Origin: a virus
Lineage: Duplodnaviria; Heunggongvirae; Uroviricota; Caudoviricetes
Length of the DNA: 40,176 bases
IMG/VR virus record: IMGVR_UViG_2698536646_000014
Strand: one strand, 5' to 3'
Program-made: the position numbers and the translations under genes
In this document: positions 20,737 through 30,408 of the stretch, piece by piece
How the letters are laid out: every line of letters begins with the position of its first letter
Numbering within the stretch: the stretch's first letter is position 1
The notes under the pieces: model-generated
Seen by the model: the letters and a program-made list of their open reading frames with translations, nothing else
Databases searched by the model: none
Told to the model about the DNA's origin: nothing

Positions 20737-22835
20737 AACCATCCTCCGGAAGTCAGCCAGGGGTTAACATCGTCAGTTACTGTTTTCTTCCGTTTTTGTT
20801 TTTTAACAGGCGTGGATACCGGTTCCGGTGAGGGTGACGGTTCGGTACTGTCCGGGACACACTCCAGCCAGGTTTCCCGGCTCGCCCACTCCGGTGCATC
20901 CGGCCAGCGGATCTTTTCGTATCCATGCAGAATGACCAGAGCCTCGGCATACACCATCAGGTCAAAAGCTTCGTTGGCACCGCGACCCGGCTTACTCCAT
21001 TTCCCGTCACTGCTCCGCTCTTCATACGTCAGTTCGTCGTAAAACCAGCTCCCCAGCCAGTCAGGGAAATGCACATAGCCGGGACCTGGCGAGTCACGCC
21101 ATAACGCGTTATTCACCCGGTCTTTCAGTGCATCCGTCTGAAGAAGCCAGAGCGGCACATCACCTGCGGCCTGCGCCCGTCGGCCCGTTCGTCCGGTGTT
21201 ATCAGGGAATGTACGGGTGATCAGTTTTGCGCGCCGGATGCTGTCGCCCTTAAACAGGTAAATACGTTTACCAAGGCCATCACGACGGCAACGACGCCAG
21301 AATTTATAGGCATTATCAGTGACCCCGTCTTCACCGCCGGAGTCCACCGCCATTGCCATCAGTCGCATTTGTTGAGAAGGATCGGAGGCCAGCGGCCAGC
21401 TTTTATGAAAAACATCCGTCAGCAGGACATCCCAGTCTTCCGGATAGCTGGCCGGATCAATTCGCTGGCTCTCCCCGTCGCTGTCACCGCGCAATGACTG
21501 CGTGATGTTGTAACGATCAATAATCCAGCGTTCGCCACGGCTGCCATAGCCCGTTACCTGAACCACAAAACGGCGATGACGTCCCGCCTGCACATCCACT
21601 GTCGCCACAAGGAAATTAACGCCATCCGGCACACTGCGGGAAGGAACTGGCTCTGCCCGCTGCTCAAGCAGTTCACTTTTTCGTTGCTCCATGCTGGCGC
21701 GGGGAAGATAAGGTAATCCCCAGTCGGTATTGATAACCGTCTTGAGTGTTTCTTCACTTCCGGTTGTCTCGTATTCCTGTTCTGCAGTAAGCAGTTTGTA
21801 AACGAGTTGCGAGAGTGTCTGGTAAGCAGCTGCCGGACCCTCCATCCAGAATGACGCAATACGTGAGCGTCGGGGATCACCATAACGACTGCCATCCGCA
21901 TTGATGGATTCACCATCCCGCAACCAGACCCCACGTCCGTTCAGCTCACGTTTGTGTTCAGGCATAATCCGTCCTGAACAGGAAGGACACTGAATATAAG
22001 CCGCCTCACTTGCCAGCACGGGATCGGCAATATCACGGAAACCAGCAACCACATCGCCGCAGGGCTGAAAATACTCACCACAGTGTGGACAGGGCCAGTA
22101 CCAGCGACGGCGATCGCCACGGTTATAGAGCGACAGTATCCCCGTGGTTGGTGGAGCCTCATGCGGTGAAGTCCGTCGCCATTTCACATCCTTCACATCC
22201 CTGCCGGGGGAACTCTCCACAAGCGTCATACCACTGGACATAAATGTTGTGGTACGTTTTGAGGCAAGAGAGAAAGCATCCCCCTCGCCATCAATATCTT
22301 CCGGAAAACGGTCATAATCCGTCAGCGCGACGCATTTATAATCTGATGAGGACATGATATTGACTGACGGCCAGCCGATTTTCAGGTAGTTACCAGCAAG
22401 GAATGTTCTGTCATAAACGTTGTTGTCATTTTTGTTCGGACTCAGGCGACTGACCACTTCCGGGCTGACGCGAAACGTTCTGGCGAGTCGTTTTTTGGAG
22501 TGTTCGCGGGCTTTTTCCTCCGTCATCTGAATGATCAGCATATCAGCAGGATCGCAAATCACGTTGTAAATCACCCAGCCGTCAATCAGGCCGATAGTCT
22601 TGCCGGTTCGTGCCGGGCCAACAAATATCACTGCGTCGTATTCACGCGAGGCCAGGCAGTTCATCGGCTCAATAACATACGGTGCCACCAGCGGATCCCA
22701 CGGGACTGAGTTCCCTGCCCCCATGGGCACCCGCATATACTGAGCAACGGCATCAGCAACCCGCATTCGTCTCGGTGCGCGAAGGATATAACCTGAATCG
22801 GTTCGTGCTGCCTTTGCGGTTTCCTGATTCAGCAT
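20733..22835 (-). CDS. terminase large subunit (gpA family)
   Basis: 700-aa ORF with Walker-A-like GPARTGKT and a CPHCGE zinc-finger-like motif resembling lambda gpA CPHCGEE; follows the small-subunit gene. Confidence 0.85.
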   Translation of the reverse strand: MLNQETAKAARTDSGYILRAPRRMRVADAVAQYMRVPMGAGNSVPWDPLVAPYVIEPMNCLASREYDAVIFVGPARTGKTIGLIDGWVIYNVICDPADMLIIQMTEEKAREHSKKRLARTFRVSPEVVSRLSPNKNDNNVYDRTFLAGNYLKIGWPSVNIMSSSDYKCVALTDYDRFPEDIDGEGDAFSLASKRTTTFMSSGMTLVESSPGRDVKDVKWRRTSPHEAPPTTGILSLYNRGDRRRWYWPCPHCGEYFQPCGDVVAGFRDIADPVLASEAAYIQCPSCSGRIMPEHKRELNGRGVWLRDGESINADGSRYGDPRRSRIASFWMEGPAAAYQTLSQLVYKLLTAEQEYETTGSEETLKTVINTDWGLPYLPRASMEQRKSELLEQRAEPVPSRSVPDGVNFLVATVDVQAGRHRRFVVQVTGYGSRGERWIIDRYNITQSLRGDSDGESQRIDPASYPEDWDVLLTDVFHKSWPLASDPSQQMRLMAMAVDSGGEDGVTDNAYKFWRRCRRDGLGKRIYLFKGDSIRRAKLITRTFPDNTGRTGRRAQAAGDVPLWLLQTDALKDRVNNALWRDSPGPGYVHFPDWLGSWFYDELTYEERSSDGKWSKPGRGANEAFDLMVYAEALVILHGYEKIRWPDAPEWASRETWLECVPDSTEPSPSPEPVSTPVKKQKRKKTVTDDVNPWLTSGGWL

Positions 22836-23329
22836 TACTCCTCCTGCTGTAATTCCTCCTCATCATCCGCACCTGCTTCAGTCACCCGCAGGGCTATCTG
22901 ATCGCGCAGATCATCAATAATGGACTGAACACGGCTCACAGCGGCAGGCTGCAGACCGCAGTCACGTTCCAGAATATCCGGTAATGTCTCCAGCACCTGC
23001 ACGACCGCTTTTGCCCAGATGGCAAACTCCCGTCTGACATCACTGGCCGGAATGAGTTGTGCCGTTTCCTGTTCGAACTTAAGACGCTCACGTTCAGACT
23101 GATACCAGGCTTTGCGCTCATGCGCGTCCATTTCGCCTTCTGCAACCGGCGGTGGCAATGCCAGAAATGCCGACACAATATCAACCACCCGATAAAGCTT
23201 GAGGTTGCTTTCATGCCCCCCTGCAACGGGTAGATTTTGCAGCCTTGCCGCAGCAGTCTGGCGATGTACACCTGACAGTGCCGCCAGTTGACTGATATTC
23301 AGCGTCAGATTTTTTAACTCTCGATCCAT
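22835..23329 (-). CDS. terminase small subunit (Nu1-like)
   Basis: 164-aa ORF with N-terminal HTH-like segment (LNISQLAALSGVHRQT) and acidic C-terminus; immediately downstream of cos; TAATG overlap with large subunit start. Confidence 0.75.
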   Translation of the reverse strand: MDRELKNLTLNISQLAALSGVHRQTAAARLQNLPVAGGHESNLKLYRVVDIVSAFLALPPPVAEGEMDAHERKAWYQSERERLKFEQETAQLIPASDVRREFAIWAKAVVQVLETLPDILERDCGLQPAAVSRVQSIIDDLRDQIALRVTEAGADDEEELQQEE

Positions 23330-23479
23330 ACCCGCTCCAGAATGTTTTAAACATGCATCTCGCGAACAACTTTAGGCAAACGGTGTTAGTGATGAACAAA
23401 AAACAATCAAAATCGACACCATAAAAACAAAACCACTGTAATATCAATCTATTACAGTGGTGGTGATGACGAATGAAAT

Positions 23480-23530
23480 TTCAAAAACTAGCCTTTTTCC
23501 GCGACGCTCCCGCCCCGTGGCAGGCCACTC
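23480..23530 (-). other. cos site (cosN-like); cosB probably between it and the Nu1-like start
   Basis: Minus-strand ACGGGGCGGGAGCGTCGCGG, versus lambda cosN ACGGGGCGGCGACCTCGCGG as recalled, about 170 bp upstream of the small terminase start; followed by AT-rich stretch. Confidence 0.7.
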
Positions 23531-24144
23531 CACCGGGAGGACCCGTCAGCCTGACAGACATGACGAACGTCTGATACAGCGCCTTGCATGAATGGCATCG
23601 GGATAATCCAGAAAGGAATAGCATCGTGCCCACAAGAATCTGTGTGAGTATCCTGTTTCTTCCACCCCCGCACAGGACTGGCGAGCATGAGGGACAAACC
23701 CGCGAACCATAAACGCGGTAAAAACCCGGTGTGCATCGTTTTTGATTATTCCCGCACACTCTCGCAGAAGGAGTTCCCCGTCGGGCTACGGTCTCTGTTA
23801 ATACGGGAATACGGCGACGATACAGCGCATGATGTGTCAGGCTTGAATACCTTTATCCGTTAAAAGGGATATCAGTTAAGTTATCCCGTGTAGGGTATAA
23901 GCCATTATCAAAGCCACTCTGTAGGGAGTGGCTTTTGTAATGGCAATAAAAAGCCCCGCGAATGCGAGGCTAAATCCAGGTATTTTTAATGACTGGCTCT
24001 TATTTCAACGCAGCCCCTTACCGCGCGCCAGATGCTCAACTTCAAGCATCAGCAATGAGATGTTTAATCTGGATTCACTCCAGAAGTGATCACCACCCTG
24101 TCTACAGAGCCAAATGTGAAGGATGATGAGTAAAATTATCGCTA

Positions 24145-24612
24145 TCATCGAAGGCATTGCGTCCTGATATATTCCTGAAGCGTTCTCAGTGCTGTCTGGT
24201 CTCTGATGATTCCGTCCCGGATACCGAGAACGTTTCGTCCAGCAACTGGAGAGAGTTCGACGGTGGCATCATTGCCCATGCCGGAGGCGCTGGAGGTTTC
24301 GGCTGAGGATGGCACAGAGCATTTTCCTTTGACGAGCACCCGACCACCATTATCAAGCTTGCGCCGAAGAGCATCATTTTCAGCTTTCGCATCAGCCAAC
24401 TCCTTCGTGTATTTAGCATCGAGTACATCAGCAGCACGCTGGCGTTGCTGCATGTCAGTAATGGTGGCGGTCGCCTGCTTCAGCTCACTGACTTTTTTAT
24501 CACGCTGTTCTTTGTAGGCGATGGCGTTATCACGGTAATGATTGACCGCCCACGACAGGCAGACGATGATGCAGATAACCAGAGCATAAATAATCGCGGC
24601 GACTCTGCTCAC
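24145..24612 (-). CDS. Rz: i-spanin Rz
   Basis: [34 protein letters not shown]... matches lambda Rz N-terminus; GTG start overlapping the endolysin stop (GTGA). Confidence 0.85.
   Translation of the reverse strand: MSRVAAIIYALVICIIVCLSWAVNHYRDNAIAYKEQRDKKVSELKQATATITDMQQRQRAADVLDAKYTKELADAKAENDALRRKLDNGGRVLVKGKCSVPSSAETSSASGMGNDATVELSPVAGRNVLGIRDGIIRDQTALRTLQEYIRTQCLR
24186..24392 (-). CDS. Rz1: o-spanin Rz1 (lipoprotein) embedded in Rz in an alternative frame
   Basis: [21 protein letters not shown]... with lipobox VVGC and proline-rich segment PKPPAPPAW, like lambda Rz1. Confidence 0.8.
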   Translation of the reverse strand: MRKLKMMLFGASLIMVVGCSSKENALCHPQPKPPAPPAWAMMPPSNSLQLLDETFSVSGTESSETRQH

Positions 24613-25142
24613 TGATCTATCCCCCAACAGGCTAATGCGCTTTCCTGGTCACGACGAATAACCTGTCCATAGCAGTTATTTGAACGTATGCGGCAATCGC
24701 GCCCACCATCTTTTATCCACCAGCGAATCGCCTCGCATGCACCTTTACGATCACCAGCATTCAGCCGCTTATAAAACGTCGACGGAAAACACTTACCGGG
24801 GCCAATGTTATAGGGACAAAATGACGCGATACCCGCTTTTTGTGGCTCGGTCAGTGGTACTTTAATATTGCGCTCCACCCATGCCAGCGCCTTATCACGC
24901 TCAATGGCGTTGACCTGGTCGCATTTTTCCTTCGACAGTTTCATACCGGGAAAAACGGGTTTTCCATCCACCATCGTGGCACCCCGACAGATGGTCCAGA
25001 TGCCGGACCCATCGCGGTATGCCGTTGTGTGGTTACCTTCTTTTTCATCCAGAAACTGGTCGAGAATATCAGGCGCGGGCGCACCGACGGCAATCAGTGC
25101 CAGAACGGCAGCCGACAGGCCGTATCTGATTTTTGCGTTCAT
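24609..25142 (-). CDS. R: SAR endolysin (T4-lysozyme-like muramidase), phage-21 R type
   Basis: N-terminal Gly/Ala-rich weakly hydrophobic segment ([14 protein letters not shown]), T4-lysozyme-like catalytic region, C-terminus ...ACWGIDQ resembling R21 ...CLWGQQ. Confidence 0.8.
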   Translation of the reverse strand: MNAKIRYGLSAAVLALIAVGAPAPDILDQFLDEKEGNHTTAYRDGSGIWTICRGATMVDGKPVFPGMKLSKEKCDQVNAIERDKALAWVERNIKVPLTEPQKAGIASFCPYNIGPGKCFPSTFYKRLNAGDRKGACEAIRWWIKDGGRDCRIRSNNCYGQVIRRDQESALACWGIDQ

Positions 25143-25197
25143 GGATATTTATCAGGATTTATCGGTTTCTGCCCACGGACAGGTTTATCTGTTCCGG

Positions 25198-25414
25198 TCA
25201 GTGACTTAAGGTTGTGATTCCGGAGGAGTCTTCAGAGAACCAGTAATTCTTCCTGGTAGCTTTCCTTTGTAGGTTATCCAAACATTCTGCGCATCTANNN
25301 NNNNNNNNNNNNNNNNNNNNNNNNNNNNNNNNNNNNNNNNNNAAACCAGTACCCGGCACTACCTGCTGAGGTGCCATAGGCGACACCCGTTGTTAACTTA
25401 TCCATGGATTTCAT
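25198..25414 (-). CDS. S: pinholin (S21-like) with dual-start motif; interrupted by scaffold gap, C-terminal frame unresolved
   Basis: N-terminus [24 protein letters not shown] matches S21 (dual starts at M1 and M4); GAGGTG RBS; remainder lost in the N-run at 25298-25342. Confidence 0.6.
25298..25342. other. assembly gap (run of N) inside the holin gene
   Basis: Continuous n characters. Confidence 1.
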
Positions 25415-25447
25415 AACCCCACCTCGCAGATGCGGGTGCTGTGTAAT

Positions 25448-25477
25448 GGAAATAAAAAGGCCACCTGACGTGGCCAC
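25448..25477 (-). terminator. intrinsic terminator between methyltransferase gene and holin
   Basis: ggccac-ctgac-gtggcc hairpin followed on the minus strand by TTTTTATTT. Confidence 0.65.
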
Positions 25478-25481
25478 CAGA

Positions 25482-26534
25482 TTATTTCCCCACCAGCTCG
25501 TTTATCTCTTTCACTGTCTGATTAAACCGCTCTGACTCAAGCTCAACACCTAAGGCCCGACGCCCCAGCGCCATTGCTGCTTTTATTGTGGAACCGGATC
25601 CCATAAAAAAATCAGCAACCAGATCACCTGGTCGACTACTGGCATTGATTATTTGCCTGAGCATATCCGCCGGTTTCTCACACGGATGTTTCCCCGGGTA
25701 GAACTGAACGGGTTTATGCATCCAGACATCGGTATAAGGCACGGAGACTGATACGGAGAAATAGCGCCGGAGAGATTTAAACTCATCCAGCAATTCAGAA
25801 TATTTACGATTCAGTGAATCATAAGATGCCACCAGCTGGTGGTGTGGTTGTTCCAGTTGTTGTTCCTGAAACTTCTCTGCCGCTATACGGGAAAACAGTG
25901 CCTGTAACTTCCGATAGTCAGCCTCATTCGGCAACTGCCACTGACTGGCACCAAACCAGTGGGAAACCATATTTTTCTTACCTGTGGCTTCGGCAATTTG
26001 TTTTGCCGTTATACCCAGTTCGGCACGAGCATCCCTGAAATACGATATCAGCGGTGCCATTATGTGCTGTTTGAGTTCCCTTTCTTTTGCCGCATAGCCG
26101 TCACTTTTGCCGCGATATGGCCCCTGGTAATGTTCAGCAAACAGAACGCGCTCTGTGGCAGGAAAATATGCGCGCAGACTTTCTTTATTACACCCATTCC
26201 AACGTCCGGACGGCTTCGCCCAGATGATATGGTTAAGCACGTTGAAACGTTCACGCATCATGATCTCAATATCAGATGCCAGGCGATGCCCACAGAACAG
26301 GTAAAGGCTTCCGGCAGGTTTCAACACCCGCCAGAACTGGGCCAGACAGTGGTCCAGCCACTTAAGGTAATCTTCGTCCCCTTTCCACTGATTGTCCCAA
26401 CCGTTGGGTTTCACCTTGAAGTAAGGCGGATCGGTAACAATCAGGTCAATGGAATCATCAGGCAGGGACTGAATAAAATGCAGGCAATCAGCGTTGATTA
26501 AATCAACACTGTTTATTTTTACAGTATTTTTCAT
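25482..26534 (-). CDS. orphan DNA methyltransferase (beta-class amino-MTase; probably N6-adenine)
   Basis: 350-aa ORF with motif IV DPPY near the N-terminus ([11 protein letters not shown]) and motif I FxGxG near the C-terminus (DFFMGSGST); no adjacent restriction gene. Confidence 0.8.
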
Positions 26535-26684
26535 GGATCAGTAAGCGTAACTCTGGTAGGCTCACTCTGCTTTTGCGCTAAAGCAGTGGGCCGTGGTTCG
26601 CTTGTGACCAGTAAGCATGAGCGAATGGCTGGCAGGTGCTACCAACACCCACCAGCCGCCCATTTTCACAGCAGGAAACCGCCA

Positions 26685-26888
26685 TTACTGGCAGCGTCTG
26701 AATTTATTCCCGTACCCGCCGTTATCCTTCGCCAGACCCGCCAGAACTAACTGAGTCAGTATTAACTGGCACCGGGCTTCGCTTACTCCGGTAGTTCTCG
26801 TCATCATGCGTGGCGTTACCCACTTGTCAGCAGGTAAGAAATGAAGGACTGCGGCGGCGGTTTCTGTCATATCTTGCTGTTTTAGCAT
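26685..26888 (-). CDS. small hypothetical protein (possible winged-helix DNA-binding)
   Basis: 67-aa ORF from internal ATG with AAGGGA RBS-like sequence; no recognisable homology. Confidence 0.3.
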   Translation of the reverse strand: MLKQQDMTETAAAVLHFLPADKWVTPRMMTRTTGVSEARCQLILTQLVLAGLAKDNGGYGNKFRRCQ

Positions 26889-27005
26889 GTCTTTTTCCCT
26901 TCTGGTTAACATGACATACCAATAACTCTTGTCTAAAAAGCCAGCAAGATAAAAAGTCAGTATTCACGACCACCAGCGTGTTTACTGTACTGCACCAAGT
27001 TTACG

Positions 27006-27034
27006 GGTACAAAAAACCCGCTCAGTGGCGGGTT
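27006..27034 (-). terminator. terminator hairpin, second copy of the tR'-like element, downstream of the lipoprotein gene
   Basis: ggtacaaaaaacccgctcagtggcgggtt, near-identical to the element at 27682-27710 (2 mismatches in 29 bp). Confidence 0.6.
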
Positions 27035-27111
27035 GCTATCACAGCTATATATTTACTTATTATGCCGTTACTAACATTTATCTTCGACATATAATCGAAA
27101 ACAAGGTTTGC

Positions 27112-27537
27112 TTAAAACTCTGCTTTCATTTTATCCGGGAATTTTTTATTTGCAGCATAATAACTACCAAGTACATAAGCGTTCATTTGCTGCTCTACAT
27201 CAACCCGACATGCCGCACTAGAACAAGCTCCACTGATAAGCCCAAAAGAACTCCCTTTAGCAGAGAGATCAGCTTTGATTTCCTCTACAGTGTTTTTCCC
27301 CATAGCAACTACACACCCTGTCACAATATATCTAGCTTTCACATCATCCATGCTAAGGATAGTAGTTTTCGCAATTTTGCTGTATCCATCATTTTTATAA
27401 ACATCCATGGCAAACGCACGGCAATCTGTATAATACGGACTTGCTTTAACTTGCGAATACTCAGGTAATTTCATACCTGCACAACCAACTAAACAAAAAC
27501 CTATCGCTGCTATTAATACCTTTTTCATTACAGTCAT
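27112..27537 (-). CDS. lipoprotein of unknown function (moron)
   Basis: Signal peptide and lipobox (MKKVLIAAIGFCLVGCAG); AT-rich codon usage unlike the surrounding phage genes; flanked by duplicated terminator hairpins. Confidence 0.7.
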   Translation of the reverse strand: MTVMKKVLIAAIGFCLVGCAGMKLPEYSQVKASPYYTDCRAFAMDVYKNDGYSKIAKTTILSMDDVKARYIVTGCVVAMGKNTVEEIKADLSAKGSSFGLISGACSSAACRVDVEQQMNAYVLGSYYAANKKFPDKMKAEF

Positions 27538-27681
27538 AACCTAGAAGCATCATTGAAACTAATTTATTAAATAACCATCGAGTTTCTGGAATACAGACGT
27601 TAACCATCTCTCCAAAATCTAAAAGATAATAAGAAAAAATGTTTAACGCACCAATCCATTTCATAGTTTCATGAGACATCA

Positions 27682-27713
27682 GGCACAAAAAACCCGCTCA
27701 GCGGCGGGTTTTT
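27682..27713 (-). terminator. tR'-like intrinsic terminator (bidirectional) downstream of the late promoter
   Basis: acaaaaaacccgc-tcagcg-gcgggttttt; A-run and T-run on both sides. Confidence 0.7.
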
Positions 27714-27756
27714 GACATTTACCAACGGTAGACATACAAGGCCCATCGTTGAGAAA

Positions 27757-27785
27757 ATCTTATCCATATTTTTTGAAAAATGCAA
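27757..27785 (-). promoter_or_regulatory. pR'-like late promoter downstream of Q
   Basis: Minus strand TTGCAT - 17 bp - TAAGAT, about 35 bp after the Q stop and about 60 nt before the terminator hairpin. Confidence 0.55.
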
Positions 27786-27816
27786 GTATCACGTCGACAT
27801 CTTCGGCGAAAATTAT

Positions 27817-28569
27817 CTATCTTGTCACTTTTCTCAATTGCGATTCAGCATACGCTTCTTCCTGCCAGCACTTTGTAACCAGTTTATTAATAACGTCTGC
27901 ATATCCTTTGTACCACTGATAATCCGTCAGGTCCGGTACCAGTTTCTGGACATGATGCCGCGCCAGTGTGGTTGGTAAACGGCTAAACCGGTTGCCATTG
28001 CAACGCCCACAAATCTTATAAACAGGCACACCATGAAGCCGGGTTCTTTTTTCATCCAGGACAATACCTTTACCCTTACACCCTCTGCACGCTGTGCTGA
28101 CTTCTCCCTTACCATGGCAATGCTGACATAGTTCCTTCACCCACTCTTCCTTGATAACAGATTCCCCGCTTCTGGAGTGTTTCACCACTTCGCGCAATAC
28201 ATTATGAAATCCAGTACCAGCACAATGCTCACAGCGAGCCTTACTTGCCGCAGACCTGGAATAATCAGCAAAGGCAAAATTCACAAGGTAAGGGATGATC
28301 TGTAACCGGGTTTCTTCACTCAATTTGTTCAATGTCGGGTTATCCAGTGCCATCGCGTAATTGAGCAGACCTTCAATCGCAAATTGAGGATCCTGAACAC
28401 CAACTTTTGCCAGGAATAAGGCAAACCCAAGCGGTGCTTTCGACTGCACCATCCCCTGCGCAGCCATCACATCCGTAATCGTTAAACCACCTGAGCCTGT
28501 CGCCGGTGCGTCATCGCTCAATTTTGGAGATTTTGGGGAGTAATATTTTGGTAAGGCTTCAAGGTTCAT
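27817..28569 (-). CDS. late-gene antiterminator Q (Cys-rich, phage-82 / QuuQ-like type)
   Basis: 250-aa ORF from the ATG preceded by GGAGAA; several CxxC pairs (CEHCAGTG, CQHCHGKG, CRGCKGKG, CGRCNG); located just upstream of the pR'/tR' pair and lysis genes. Confidence 0.7.
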   Translation of the reverse strand: MNLEALPKYYSPKSPKLSDDAPATGSGGLTITDVMAAQGMVQSKAPLGFALFLAKVGVQDPQFAIEGLLNYAMALDNPTLNKLSEETRLQIIPYLVNFAFADYSRSAASKARCEHCAGTGFHNVLREVVKHSRSGESVIKEEWVKELCQHCHGKGEVSTACRGCKGKGIVLDEKRTRLHGVPVYKICGRCNGNRFSRLPTTLARHHVQKLVPDLTDYQWYKGYADVINKLVTKCWQEEAYAESQLRKVTR

Positions 28570-28582
28570 GCTCGTTCTCCAC

Positions 28583-29578
28583 TTACGCCAATACGCCAAT
28601 TGCCAGCGCACGATCGATAAAACGAAATATCAGCTCCAGCTGGGAGCCATACTTCTCTTCAAATGCCACGGTATCCGCATGCAGCTCGTCGTGATGCTTT
28701 CTGCACAAAGGCAACACAAAGAGGTCATGCGCTTTTGTACCCATTCCACCCTGACCGTGGCCTATCAGGTGGTGGGGATCATCAGCAGGCTTTCCACAAC
28801 ATGCACACGGCTGTGTCTTAACCCAGCGCGTGTACTTTTCATTAACCCAGCGGCGGCGTTTTGGGCGTAACATAAAAGACTCCGGCGACTCCGGATCCAC
28901 TTTCAGCGCCAGCACCTTTTTTGCCTTATCCTGGATGATGCTGGTGGCAGGAACCGAAGGCACAAGGTCACTTTCCCGGGTGACAGACGGCACAACAGGC
29001 TTTGGTAATCTCAGTGCCTTACGGGCTGCACTTTCCGGTAAGGCATCCGCCAGGTCATTACGAATCAGCCACCAGCACAGTTCCGGCATTGTCACAACGT
29101 GACTATCATCAAAACCGAGATCCCGACGCACAACAGACAACACCCAGCGGGCACAGTTATCCGTTGCCATTGATTCCAGCCGTTCCGTGAACTGATCGCG
29201 CAGCTGGTTATCGCAGTGCCAGCACAGACGGATTGCGCCCGGAGCGTGTCGCATTGTGGTCATGTTCTCGCTGTGCCAGTCGGAATGAGGCCACTGGCAG
29301 CCTTTTTCACGAAGTAACCAGCTTTCAAGACATTCCACGCCACCAGCACGACGGATCACTGCCTCATTGCGGAACACGGCCCGAACGGCAGGATCATCCG
29401 CCAGCGGTTGTGATGCCGCCGGAACGGCACCACTGGCGAAAGATGAATAACGTTCCGGCTCAGGCTCCAGCAGAACACGCCCCTGCATAAACAGGGGCAT
29501 CAGCTCTGAACCTGGCCTGAACAATACGATCCCCATACGCGGGGCAATTTCAGGGGTCAGTAGTGCTCTCACGGTCAC
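28583..29578 (-). CDS. DUF968-like (YdfU-like) protein with C-terminal HNH/NinG-like Cys/His motif
   Basis: 331-aa ORF ending ...PCACCGKPADDPHHLIGHGQGG...CRKHHDELH; immediately upstream of Q. Start uncertain (GTG at 29578 or internal ATG). Confidence 0.55.
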   Translation of the reverse strand: MTVRALLTPEIAPRMGIVLFRPGSELMPLFMQGRVLLEPEPERYSSFASGAVPAASQPLADDPAVRAVFRNEAVIRRAGGVECLESWLLREKGCQWPHSDWHSENMTTMRHAPGAIRLCWHCDNQLRDQFTERLESMATDNCARWVLSVVRRDLGFDDSHVVTMPELCWWLIRNDLADALPESAARKALRLPKPVVPSVTRESDLVPSVPATSIIQDKAKKVLALKVDPESPESFMLRPKRRRWVNEKYTRWVKTQPCACCGKPADDPHHLIGHGQGGMGTKAHDLFVLPLCRKHHDELHADTVAFEEKYGSQLELIFRFIDRALAIGVLA

Positions 29579-29579
29579 C

Positions 29580-30389
29580 TCAATGAACGGTATCGAGCAG
29601 CTTTAACAGCTCAGGGAATCGGGATTCGAAGAAATGCGGCTGCGTCTCGCGCGGATTTGCAGGACTGGTGATGTTCTTGCCGAACATGCAGCCTTTCGCC
29701 GTCAGCGACCAGAATTTTTTGATGTTGTTAATCGCGGTACGGCTGTATCGTTCGCGTTGTTCAACGATCCCCAGCTTCACCATCTGGTGATATGCCTGAT
29801 TAGCCGTCAGGCGGATACCATACTGCTTCAGCAGTGCACTCAGCGACAGCGTGGGGCGACTTGAGCCATCAGGCGCGTCAGCAGGAGCATCAATGGCATA
29901 GCGCGGTGCCAGATTCGGTAAGCCAACAGCCTCCTGAAGCTTCTGACAGGCTCCAAGCACTGATGAGTTAGACAGATTTAATTCCCGGCGCATAAAGTCC
30001 AGCAGGATCACGCCAGCCTGCATCTTGTCAGCAGCCTGTCCGGATAATTTTTCCGGTGCGCTGGTTACCATGTCGAAAGTACGGATCACCTTCAGATGGA
30101 ATGACGGGCTGATCCACATTGCATAGGCATACACCAGTTCTTTGCAGACATACGTCCCCTGGTTATTTCCGCCATTAATGACGCTAACTGGTTGATTTTG
30201 TTCCAGAGGCGGAATTCCACCCTCGGTGAAAAGTTGTTCAATCAATTCACAGGTTTGCTTATTGGAGAGCCAGTATTTCGGGCGGTTTTTTTGTTCTCCC
30301 CCGGCTGCCCTGTGCAGATCGTTCAGGCTGTAACGCCCATAAGCATCACGACGAACTTCAATACCATCAATGACCATCAGATTATTCAT
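29580..30389 (-). CDS. KilA-N domain protein (antirepressor-like)
   Basis: N-terminus MNNLMVIDGIEVRRDAYGRYSLNDLHRAAGGEQ...PKYWL typical of KilA-N; GAGGAGA RBS. Confidence 0.65.
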   Translation of the reverse strand: MNNLMVIDGIEVRRDAYGRYSLNDLHRAAGGEQKNRPKYWLSNKQTCELIEQLFTEGGIPPLEQNQPVSVINGGNNQGTYVCKELVYAYAMWISPSFHLKVIRTFDMVTSAPEKLSGQAADKMQAGVILLDFMRRELNLSNSSVLGACQKLQEAVGLPNLAPRYAIDAPADAPDGSSRPTLSLSALLKQYGIRLTANQAYHQMVKLGIVEQRERYSRTAINNIKKFWSLTAKGCMFGKNITSPANPRETQPHFFESRFPELLKLLDTVH

Positions 30390-30408
30390 ACTTCGTTTCT
30401 CCTCTTGA

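Noticed and set aside
23481-23759. 92-aa and 82-aa minus-strand ORFs spanning the cos region
   Set aside because: They run across the cos site and intergenic DNA between Rz and the small terminase gene; alternative start codons, no RBS, Cys/Gly/Arg-rich.
26535-27110. Possible tRNA genes between Q and the lysis genes, as in Stx phages
   Set aside because: No T-loop (GTTCRANYC) or cloverleaf-compatible segment seen by eye in either intergenic stretch; a tRNA scan would be needed to be certain.
27461-27688. 75-aa ORF overlapping the lipoprotein gene start and the tR'-like terminator
   Set aside because: Would start inside the terminator hairpin and overlap the lipoprotein signal-peptide region out of frame; no RBS.
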